NCBI GenBank assembly: GCA_963696985.1
Contig: CAVOMG010000001.1
Coordinates: forward strand, 372,737 to 436,736
Source: an uncultured Thermoplasmata archaeon
GTDB taxonomy: Archaea > Thermoplasmatota > Thermoplasmata > Lutacidiplasmatales > UBA184
Length of the DNA stretch: 64,000 bases
Reading direction: 5' to 3'
Below, piece by piece: positions 47,829 to 55,609 of the stretch (position 1 is the first letter of the stretch; every line of letters begins with the position of its first letter). A program made the position numbers and the translations under genes. The notes under the pieces were generated by a model. The model searched no databases and had not been told where the DNA came from. It worked only from the letters and a program-made list of their open reading frames with translations.

Positions 47829-48377
47829 TCAATGACCGGTGCCCTCGCTCGAGCGCGCCTTCGCCGAGTGCGACTCGCGCTCCCGCGAGTTCCGTCGGAG
47901 CTCCTCGACCAGGTGCTCTCCGAGCGGCGTCAACCGGTAGACCTTGACCCGGCGATCCGCGCCCCGGGCGTGGCTTCGCTCAACGGAGAGCGCCCCCGAA
48001 AGGACCAGACGTTGCAATGGTCCGGCGAGCGTTCCCTGGTTGACCCCGAGGGCGTCGATCATCCCGCGCTGCGTGAGCCCGATGGGCGGAATGTCCCCCG
48101 GCGCGGTCCGGCCTTGGCGGGCGACGTGGAGGAGGATCCGGTAGGAGGTTCGGAGGTTCCCATACTTCGGGTCGATCGGGCGGCCGATCGGAGACGGGGC
48201 GGGGGCAGGCTTCGGTGGGTCCGACGAGGTCGGGGCGACGGCAGCCGGAACGGGGTCGGAGCGGGAAGGCGCGGCGGGTGGTGGCGCCAGAGGAGGCTGT
48301 TCCAGGGGGTGAACCCAGGGGGAGTTCGGCGTCGGCGCAGGGCCGGAAGTTGACGGGGGATCGATCGGGTCTTTCAT
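47829..48377 (-). CDS. Winged-helix (MarR/PadR-like) transcriptional regulator with a Pro-rich N-region, possibly membrane-anchored if the true start is GTG 48501
   Basis: wHTH-like LTQRGMIDALGVNQGTLAGPLQRLVLSGALSVERSHARGADRRVKVYRLTPLG. The in-frame sequence directly upstream of the listed ATG encodes HRLPVSAFWLGFLAGVAVLAAAGITLWALQRFW (a TM helix with good GC3), but it lacks an in-frame start unless the C run at 48494-48499 has a 1-nt error. Confidence 0.55.
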   Translation of the reverse strand: MKDPIDPPSTSGPAPTPNSPWVHPLEQPPLAPPPAAPSRSDPVPAAVAPTSSDPPKPAPAPSPIGRPIDPKYGNLRTSYRILLHVARQGRTAPGDIPPIGLTQRGMIDALGVNQGTLAGPLQRLVLSGALSVERSHARGADRRVKVYRLTPLGEHLVEELRRNSRERESHSAKARSSEGTGH

Positions 48378-48544
48378 GGCGTGAGGACCCGGCCAAAAGC
48401 GTTGGAGCGCCCACAGGGTGATCCCGGCGGCCGCGAGGACCGCAACCCCAGCGAGGAACCCGAGCCAGAACGCGCTGACGGGCAGGCGATGCTCCCCCCA
48501 CGGGAATGGCGGCCCGAGGGGATAGCGGTTCGTCTCGCGGCGCG

Positions 48545-51016
48545 CTACCGGCCGGGGGGTCCGCGGAGCACTCCCCCCGGCTCACCGGCGAGGCCCGCCC
48601 CTTCCGTCGCGACGCCTCGCTCGAGCTCGTCAGCGAGTCGGCGGCTTTCCGATGACTGGAGCCGGGTGCGCACGAGGAGAGCGCCCACGAGCACGCTAGC
48701 CACCACGGCCCCACTCACTAGGCCCTCCGCGAACGTCGGGATCCCGGTGGCCGGCCCGCCGCCGTGGGGAGGGGTCACGACGGCGTGCGCTTCGACCGTC
48801 AGGTTCGCTTCCGCGAGGCTGCTCACCCCGAGAGCATCGGTCGCGTTCACGACGATCGTGAAGTTGCCCGAGACCGTCGGGACGCACTCGAGCGTGGTGG
48901 TGTCCGCGCTCGTGCATCCGGCGGGCAGGCCCGAGTAGCCGATCGTGAACGGGGCGGTTCCCCCGACCACGCTGACCTCGAACGTCGCCCCACCGCCTTC
49001 GACGATCGAGGGACTCGACACGCCGAACGAGGCGACGCTCGGAGCGGCGTGTACGGTGAGCAGGACGCTCGATGCGGCAGTGACGCCGAGGACGTCGGCG
49101 GTCTGGACCCCGATCGTAAAGTTTCCAAGCTCGGAGGGCTGGCAGGTGAAGGAGAGTTCGCTCGCGCCGGAGCAGCCGTTCGGGAGACCCGAATATCCGA
49201 TGCCGATGGGTCCGACCCCGCCCGCTAAGGCGGCCGATACTCCGGTCGACATCCCGAAATCGAGTACGGTCCTCGAGAGGGCGAACGAGTCGACCGAGAG
49301 GCGCGCCGCGACGTCCACCGGGGTCGACGCGGTTTCCTGCACGCCGAGGGCGTCCGTGGCCGTCAGCCAGATCACGTACGATCCCGCCGCCGAAGGCGTG
49401 CAAGCGAGCGTCGTGGTGTTCATCGAGGCACACCCCCCGGGGAGGCCGTCGTAGTGCAGCGTCGAGACGTTGACGCCATCCGAGATGCTCGACGTGAGCG
49501 TGAAGGGGACCCCGACCTCGGTCCTCGAAAGACTCGCCGAGAGCGGAGCGAGCCGCATCCCCGCGACGACCCGCAGGGCCGCGCTCGCCGTGTCGTTCGC
49601 GACCCCGACGGTCGTGCCCGGGAGCCCGAGCGTGATCGTGAGGTTCACGGTCATCGTGAAGTTCCCAACGGCCGTCGGCCGGCAGGCGACGCCCGGACCA
49701 GTGGCGGTTCCGCAGCCGGGCGGGAGTCCGGTATAGCGGTAGGTAGACGGACCGCTCGTCACCACGTTCGTCACGTGGACCGTGACGTTCATGCCCGTCT
49801 CCGCGAGCGCCACCGAGCTCGTCAGATCCGGGCCGATCTCCGTCCAAGATGCGTTCGCACAGACGTAGCTCTCCTCGGAGAGCTGACGGTTGAGCATCCC
49901 CACCCCCCCGATCAGGGTGGGATGGACGCCCCCGAACAGGACGAAGCCCGACAGGTCCGGATCGAACTCGAAGTCGCCCCCGTAGGTCGGCTGGGGGGCC
50001 TTTTGAGCGGTGAGCTCGGTCCACGCGGTGCCCGAGAACCCCCACATCGAGTTCGAGGTCGTAAGCGTCAGGCTGAACCCCGCGATCCCAAGGCCGCAGA
50101 CCCCGCCGTAGGCGACGACGGAGGAGGTCGCCGGATCGTAGGTCATCGATTCGAGGGCGATGGCTCCGGGGTTTCCCGAGACGCTTGAGCTGACGTCCGT
50201 CCACGCCGCACCGTCGAACTCGTACGTGCGAGCGGTGCAGCTCTGGATCCCGAGGAGCGAGGAGACGCCCCCATAGTAGACCAAGCGCGAGATCGCGGGG
50301 TCGTAGGCCATCGCCCCCTCCGCAGGCGGTGCATTGGTGGTCGAAACCGCGGCCCAATAGCCACCCTGGAACGTCCAGGTGTCAGTCAGGTTTCCGGCGG
50401 TGGCCCCGGCCACCCCAAAGCCCCCATACAGGACCGCCGCCGAGATTGCCGCATCATAGACCATCGAGGCGTCGGCCCGAGCCGAGGGGGCGACGGACGA
50501 CCCGGCCGTCACATTGGTCCAGGCGCCCCCCGAATACGTCCAAGTGTCCGAAAGGAAGGTGCCGCCCGGGCTGAGTCCGCCGAACAGGACCACGTCACTG
50601 TCCGCCGCGTCGTAGGTCAGCGAGGCGTACTGGCGGGCGGGGGGGGCCGAGGAGGGGGAGAGCTCCGTCCAAGTGCCCGCCCGATAGGACCAGGTCCCCA
50701 TCATGGCGGTGCTGGAGATAGTGGAGTTGGCGGTCGGCGTGACCAGGAGCATGTAGCCATCCCCAGAATCGTAGGTCATCGAAGTGGGGGTGGAGGCTCC
50801 CGGAACGTTGAGCAGGGAGGGGATGATGGAGGCCGGGACGGCAGTTGCGGGGGAGGGGGTGGAGAAGGAGGCCAGCGAGCGAGCCGGTTCGATCGTACCG
50901 CCCCCGGTCGGGGTGTGGGTGGTCGTCCCGGACGGGCTGACGGCGCCCAGCCCGCCGAAGGCGACCGATCCCGCCAGCAGGAGGAGGAGGGGGAGAACGA
51001 CCGGGAGGCGGTTCAC
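48545..51016 (-). CDS. Secreted surface protein: Kelch-type beta-propeller, four Ig-like GLPxGC repeats and a C-terminal TM anchor
   Basis: Signal peptide MNRLPVVLPLLLLLAGSVAF. Six Kelch-like blades (for example YDAADSDVVLFGGLSPGGTFLSDTWTYSGGAWTNV and YDPAISRLVYYGG). Repeats such as IGYSGLPAGCTSADTTTLECVPTVSGNFTIVVNATDALG. Anchor VSGAVVASVLVGALLV. Intact over 2.4 kb. Confidence 0.75.
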   Translation of the reverse strand: MNRLPVVLPLLLLLAGSVAFGGLGAVSPSGTTTHTPTGGGTIEPARSLASFSTPSPATAVPASIIPSLLNVPGASTPTSMTYDSGDGYMLLVTPTANSTISSTAMMGTWSYRAGTWTELSPSSAPPARQYASLTYDAADSDVVLFGGLSPGGTFLSDTWTYSGGAWTNVTAGSSVAPSARADASMVYDAAISAAVLYGGFGVAGATAGNLTDTWTFQGGYWAAVSTTNAPPAEGAMAYDPAISRLVYYGGVSSLLGIQSCTARTYEFDGAAWTDVSSSVSGNPGAIALESMTYDPATSSVVAYGGVCGLGIAGFSLTLTTSNSMWGFSGTAWTELTAQKAPQPTYGGDFEFDPDLSGFVLFGGVHPTLIGGVGMLNRQLSEESYVCANASWTEIGPDLTSSVALAETGMNVTVHVTNVVTSGPSTYRYTGLPPGCGTATGPGVACRPTAVGNFTMTVNLTITLGLPGTTVGVANDTASAALRVVAGMRLAPLSASLSRTEVGVPFTLTSSISDGVNVSTLHYDGLPGGCASMNTTTLACTPSAAGSYVIWLTATDALGVQETASTPVDVAARLSVDSFALSRTVLDFGMSTGVSAALAGGVGPIGIGYSGLPNGCSGASELSFTCQPSELGNFTIGVQTADVLGVTAASSVLLTVHAAPSVASFGVSSPSIVEGGGATFEVSVVGGTAPFTIGYSGLPAGCTSADTTTLECVPTVSGNFTIVVNATDALGVSSLAEANLTVEAHAVVTPPHGGGPATGIPTFAEGLVSGAVVASVLVGALLVRTRLQSSESRRLADELERGVATEGAGLAGEPGGVLRGPPGR

Positions 51017-51255
51017 AGACGACTCCCGTTCACCGCTCGGAGCTTCCGTTGAAGTTCGCGTTGTCGCATCCGGTGGGAAGGCTCGGGTCCGCTCGGCGTC
51101 TCCACGGGCTGGTACCAGGACGAGTTGACCGGCGGGACGAGGGAGTCGACGAGATCCATGTATCGTGTGTAACGCTCGACTGGCCCTTCGCTGGGGGAAG
51201 GGCCCAACCGCTGGCCCAGACTCGGCATTCGTACGGTTTCGGCGCTTGCGACCAT
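51013..51255 (-). CDS. Hypothetical small ORF whose stop overlaps the Kelch-protein GTG start (GTGA)
   Basis: 80-aa ORF of lower GC. The 4-nt overlap with the downstream start is the same coupling pattern seen at five secure gene pairs. No homology recognised. Confidence 0.25.
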   Translation of the reverse strand: MVASAETVRMPSLGQRLGPSPSEGPVERYTRYMDLVDSLVPPVNSSWYQPVETPSGPEPSHRMRQRELQRKLRAVNGSRL

Positions 51256-51635
51256 CGGGCAGGATTGTGTCTCTTGACGTTCATATACCCCCCCCGGATA
51301 GATGCGGCCAATATTGCATTCCGGCCGTCAGGAAGGGTCATTCCAGGGGAGTCCGACGCTGAGGTCGCGCTTGCGGTCCCGGTTCGATCGATCACAGACC
51401 CGAAGGATCCCTCGGCCGCGGGCCTAGTGCACACGGGGGTGTTCGCAAGTAATTGGTTGCGAATCAGGATCGACCCTTCGGGTCGGCTCTTGGGTCGCCC
51501 CCGCATGGATCGCGGTGCTCTCCTGTTGGTGCCCGCCCCAAGACCGTCTCCCAATTCCCCGTAGTTCAGGTCAACCGGGACACTCTCCGGCAACGAGTCG
51601 GTTGAAGGTGGGTGGCCACACCGACCTCTCATTAG

Positions 51636-51651
51636 CCTGGATTTTCGCGCC
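51636..51651. repeat. IS left terminal inverted repeat
   Basis: CCTGGATTTTCGCGCC, the exact reverse complement of 54012-54027. Confidence 0.75.
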
Positions 51652-51893
51652 GAAGTAACAGCTGAGGATTCCGCCCCCTCAGTGCTGTAGCCTTCGTCGA
51701 TAATTCCGGCTCTCGGGGCCCGTCGGGTTCAGGCCCGCACAACAATAAGCCCCCCGGCCCGACCCACGATCCCCGAGCTCTCCCGTCGAGCACAGACCTC
51801 GCCTTCTCGAGGTTGCCGCGTTCTTTCCCGCGGCCTCCCTCCGTCCGACCCGTCCAACCGAATGCTTTATTGTTGAGATATGCATGAGCCTAT

Positions 51894-53648
51894 GTGCGCG
51901 ACCCTCGAGACTTCTTCCGCGAGCCCGGTCACCCCCTCCAGCGCCGCTACGAGGCCCTCCGCGCCTACTTCCTCGAGGGGCGTTCCGCCGCCGAGGCAGC
52001 CCGACGGTTCCACTACTCGGCCCACTCCCTCGAGGTCCTGGCCTCCCAGTTCCGGCGGGACCAGCTTCCTCCGTTCTTCCGGGACATTCCCCACGGTCGC
52101 AAGGACCGCCCCGTCGCCGAGCCGCTCCGGGAGGCGGTTCTTCGCCTCCGTCACGAAGAGAGCCTCAGTGTGATCGACATCGCCGAGCGACTGCGCTCGG
52201 AGGGCCGCCCGGTCAGCTTCCATACCGTCTGGCTCCTCCTTCGGGAGGCCGGGGTCGGTCGACTGCCTCGTCGCACCGCCGAGCAGCGGGGGCGGCCCCC
52301 ACTGCTCGCGCCCCCGGTCTCCGACGCGGGCCAACTCCTTCTCCGTTCCGGCGTCGAGGTCGAGTGCCGCACCCCACTCCTCTTCCTCTTTGCGCCGTTC
52401 CTCGAGGAGGTCGGCTTCGAGAAGCTGGTTTGGCGAGCCCACTACCCGGGGTCCGCGATGATCCCGGCCCCGGCGTATCTCCGTTCGCTGCTCGCCCTCA
52501 AGCTGCTCGGTCGACCGAGGCACAACCACGTGATGCCGATTGCTGACGACGAAGGACTGGGGTGGTTCGCGGGACTCAACGTCCTGCCGAAGACCACCGC
52601 CCTCTCCGACTACTCGTATCGGGTGGGGGACCGCCCCCACCGAGCGCTGTTGCGGGGCTTGGCTCGGGCTCGGAAGGCGGCCGGGGCGTATCCAACTCGC
52701 TCGTTCAACCTCGACTTCCACACGATCCGACACTACGGCGATCCGGCGGTCTCCCGGCTCGAGAAGGACTACGTTCCGCGACGAAGCCAATCGGTCCCGG
52801 CGGTGGTGTCGGCGTTCGCCCAGGAGTGGGAGGGCCGGGAGATGGTCTACGCTCGGGCGAACCTGCTGAAGGAGGAGAAGGCCGACGAGGTCGTTCGGTT
52901 CGTCGACTACTGGAAGGAAGTGGACGGAGCGCTCCCGGAGGAGCTCGTCTTCGACGCCCACATGACGACCCACGCGGGTCTGGCGCAGTTGGATCGCCAA
53001 GGGATCAAGTTCCTGACGTTGAGGGAGCGCCGCTCGCGGGAGGTGGAGCGAATCCGCTCCCTCCCCGAGGACCGGTGGAAATCGGTCGAGTTGGAGATCG
53101 AGGATCGGGCGTATCGTCATCCCATCGTAGTGGACGAGCGGATCGAGATCGATGGGTATCCCGGACGGATCCGACAGGTGGCGGCGCGGAACTTGGGGCG
53201 GGAGGAACCGACCCTGCTCCTCACGAACGACACTCGGAGGGGTCCGGCGGCGCTGCTGACCCGGTATGCCCGACGAACGTTGATCGAGAACTCGCTCGGA
53301 GAGCAGGTGCACTTCTTCCACGTCGACGCGCTCTCGAGTTCGGTGCGGGTGAAGGTCGACCTGGACGTGGTGCTGAGCGTGGCCGCAAGCGCGGCGTATC
53401 GATGGCTGTCGTCGCAACTGAAGGGGTACGAGGTGGCGACGGCGCGAACGATCTGGGAGAGGTTCTTGGACCGTCCGGGGAAGGTCGCGGTGAGGGAAGA
53501 CGAGATCGTGGTGAAGGTTCGACGGTTCAGCCGCGCGCCCGTTCTACTGGACACGAGGGTCGTGCGGGACCGTCCGGCGGTCCCGTGGCTTGGGAACCGG
53601 CGCTTGAGGATCGAAGTGACCGGGGACCTCAAGCTGCGGGCGGCGTGA
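51894..53648 (+). CDS. DDE transposase (IS4/IS1634-like superfamily) with an N-terminal HTH
   Basis: 584 aa. HTH-like SAAEAARRFHYSAHSL and SVIDIAERLRSEGRPVSFHTVWLLL. Candidate catalytic residues in FNLDFHTIRHYG, LVFDAHMTT and RYARRTLIENSLGE, which fits the Y-(2)-R-(3)-E signature. Confidence 0.75.
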   Translation: MRDPRDFFREPGHPLQRRYEALRAYFLEGRSAAEAARRFHYSAHSLEVLASQFRRDQLPPFFRDIPHGRKDRPVAEPLREAVLRLRHEESLSVIDIAERLRSEGRPVSFHTVWLLLREAGVGRLPRRTAEQRGRPPLLAPPVSDAGQLLLRSGVEVECRTPLLFLFAPFLEEVGFEKLVWRAHYPGSAMIPAPAYLRSLLALKLLGRPRHNHVMPIADDEGLGWFAGLNVLPKTTALSDYSYRVGDRPHRALLRGLARARKAAGAYPTRSFNLDFHTIRHYGDPAVSRLEKDYVPRRSQSVPAVVSAFAQEWEGREMVYARANLLKEEKADEVVRFVDYWKEVDGALPEELVFDAHMTTHAGLAQLDRQGIKFLTLRERRSREVERIRSLPEDRWKSVELEIEDRAYRHPIVVDERIEIDGYPGRIRQVAARNLGREEPTLLLTNDTRRGPAALLTRYARRTLIENSLGEQVHFFHVDALSSSVRVKVDLDVVLSVAASAAYRWLSSQLKGYEVATARTIWERFLDRPGKVAVREDEIVVKVRRFSRAPVLLDTRVVRDRPAVPWLGNRRLRIEVTGDLKLRAA

Positions 53649-53662
53649 GGGTCGGTGGGATC

Positions 53663-54031
53663 ATGAACCGCGAGGGGTGGCGAGAGATGCTACGTGGGCT
53701 CTCGGCCGAGGAGTTCCGAGTGCTCCGCGAGGTAGTATGGGACGAGGTTCGCGCACGAGAAGCCCAGCACTTGGCGACGATACGGATGGGGGACTGGGTG
53801 GAGTTCGAGGACCGGAACGGGATCAGGCACCGGGGCACCGTGACGCGGATCAACGCTCGGACGATTTCGGTGCACTGCGAGCCCGGCGAGCGAGGGGAGG
53901 CTTCAACGGCCTGGCGGGTGGCAGCCACATTCGTTCGGCGGATCGTTCCCGTCGAGGTAGCCAGGGAGGCACTACCTGAACCTGAGACCGAGAACCTCAG
54001 TGGTCAAGTGGGGCGCGAAAATCCAGGTTAG
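53663..54031 (+). CDS. IS-borne accessory ORF (122 aa), function unknown
   Basis: ATG 14 nt after the transposase stop, in the frame of ORF 52562..54031. Sequence MNREGWREMLRGLSAEEFRVLREVVWDEV...GDWVEFEDRNGIRHRGTVTRINARTISVH. The stop codon TAG is formed by the right-hand TTAG flank. Confidence 0.45.
   Translation: MNREGWREMLRGLSAEEFRVLREVVWDEVRAREAQHLATIRMGDWVEFEDRNGIRHRGTVTRINARTISVHCEPGERGEASTAWRVAATFVRRIVPVEVAREALPEPETENLSGQVGRENPG
54012..54027. repeat. IS right terminal inverted repeat
   Basis: GGCGCGAAAATCCAGG, the exact reverse complement of 51636-51651. Confidence 0.75.
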
Positions 54032-54058
54032 GCGTCGCCGCCTCCGACCCGCCGAACA

Positions 54059-54331
54059 ATGGGTGCTGAAGCTCCCGACCATCGAGGCCGACTCTTCTTC
54101 ATAGCCCTGGCGACAATGGGACTGATGCTGGCCGGGTTGGGCATCGGGATTTGGTCGGTAGAATATGCCGGTGGAGCGTGCCTGTCGAGGGCACCGGCCT
54201 GGTGCTCCCCGTTCAGCCTTACCATCGAGGGCCCCTTTGAATGGATTGGCTTGGCCTTGGTCGGAATCGGCGGTTACATCTCGATCAGCTCAGCCCGATC
54301 GGTTTTTCGACTCGGTCAGGCGGTCGGCTGA
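54059..54331 (+). CDS. Small membrane protein (90 aa, 2-3 TM) in the low-GC islet
   Basis: LFFIALATMGLMLAGLGIGIW and FEWIGLALVGIGGYISI are hydrophobic helices. Confidence 0.4.
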   Translation: MGAEAPDHRGRLFFIALATMGLMLAGLGIGIWSVEYAGGACLSRAPAWCSPFSLTIEGPFEWIGLALVGIGGYISISSARSVFRLGQAVG

Positions 54332-54433
54332 CCTCGCGGTCGTTCGAAGAGACCTCCGCGAAGGTTCACGAAGCGGGACGCCCGCGGTGAGGGTGGTCTG
54401 GAGCCAGGAGAGACCCGTGGACTGGGAGGCATA

Positions 54434-54658
54434 ATGAGCGCGATCTCCCGGGCTGTCTACATAGGTGGGCTAATCGCGGGGATCGTCGGTGGGCTCGGGA
54501 CTGAGTTGCTGAGCTGGACATACGGCGGTTCGTTGGAGGGAAATGTAGTGTCGGCAGTGTCAGGGGCAGTGGGCATCGGCGCATTCGGGGTAGCGTTCGT
54601 CGCACTTTTTCACCCGGAGAAGTGGTCAAGGTCCAAGCCGTTGAAGCCACTTCCTTGA
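54434..54658 (+). CDS. Small Gly-rich membrane protein (74 aa) in the low-GC islet
   Basis: VYIGGLIAGIVGGLGTELL and AVSGAVGIGAFGVAFVALF are hydrophobic helices. Confidence 0.4.
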   Translation: MSAISRAVYIGGLIAGIVGGLGTELLSWTYGGSLEGNVVSAVSGAVGIGAFGVAFVALFHPEKWSRSKPLKPLP

Positions 54659-54809
54659 GACATCTTCGCGGGGACGTCTTCAAGCCGCCTGGGTCGGGGG
54701 GAATGGCCAAGAATTCCCTTCGGACCCCTCGGTGGGCTTTGGTAGTCATCCCCCGGGTTTCGTGACGACGAACCCCCAACAACGGAGAGGGTGGAGGGGC
54801 GCTGAGTCA

Positions 54810-55609
54810 ATGGGTTTCCAGAACGCTCCAACACAGCTGCCCGATATCCCGAGCCTATTATCGTCAGGACCCGAATGGCTGCCCATGGCCGAAAGACCGC
54901 CTGACGGGGTCCCGCGTCCGAACGAGCCGCATTCCTCGGGACGAAACCGTGCCCGCAGAGCCGCGATCGGGGCAGGTCACATCGCCCTGATCCTTGGGGT
55001 AGTTGCACTCGTCCTTGGTGGGTCGGGCCTAGCGATAGCGCTTGCGAACGTTGACCATCGGGGGGCGGCGGGCGCAACGGGCGCCACGGGAGCGCCGGGC
55101 CCCGGGGGGCTCACGGAATCCCCGGCATCAATGGCACCAACGGCAAGGAGGGCGCCAATGGCACGAACGGGAAGCAGGGACCTCCGGGCCCCGGAGCGAT
55201 GGCCAATCAAACCTATGACGTGCAAAGCACTGCACTGAACACTACCTGCGTCCCGTATGCCGGCTCCGATGTCAATTTCACGGTGACCGGTCCCGGTATC
55301 TTGGTGGTAACCGCGTCGGTCCAAATCGTCATGTACCATACGGAAACCAACTACACCATCTTTGCAGTCTCGTTCGGAAATGGTTCGACGCAGTGTAACG
55401 CCTTCTTGAACAACTCAGTGACCGGTGAGTCCTTCGGGACGCAGCCAACGGGCTTCTTCATAGTGTATCTGGGACTTGCCCAGAACTTCCCGGTGAACGC
55501 CTCGGGCACCTACACTGTGGACATAGTTGGCTATGCCGCGATGTCCCGCAGCTTGGACACCACATATCTCACCTACGCCAGCGTCACTGGGGTGTTCTAC
55601 CCATCGTGA
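54810..55609 (+). CDS. Membrane-anchored collagen-like (G-X-Y repeat) protein with a beta-rich C-terminal globular domain, with an apparent 1-nt deletion between 55104 and 55117
   Basis: ATG 54810 follows GGAGAGGGTGGAGGGG. TM anchor AIGAGHIALILGVVALVLGGSGLAIALA. Then GAAGATGATGAPGPGG (ORF 54732..55238) continues after the shift as (G)IPGINGTNGKEGANGTNGKQGPPGPGA, fused in-frame to ORF 55199..55609 (MANQTYDVQSTALNTTCVPYAGSDVNFTV...). That makes about 15 uninterrupted G-X-Y triplets. Confidence 0.55.

Larger units (their letters stand above)
51636..54027 (+). mobile_element. Insertion sequence (2,392 bp) with perfect 16-bp terminal inverted repeats, flanked by a TTAG direct repeat. It carries a DDE transposase and one accessory ORF
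   Basis: Left end CCTGGATTTTCGCGCC (51636-51651). Right end GGCGCGAAAATCCAGG (54012-54027) is its exact reverse complement. TTAG occurs at 51632-51635 and again at 54028-54031. Confidence 0.75.

Noticed and set aside
51256-51632. SRP RNA or RNase P RNA in the ORF-poor stretch
   Set aside because: I looked for the helix-8 GGAAG...AGCA core of SRP RNA and for the GAGGAAAGUCC / ACAGAA..GGCUUA motifs of RNase P RNA on both strands. I found only loose resemblances (GGGGAGTCC, CACAGACCCGAAGG). This is not enough to call either.
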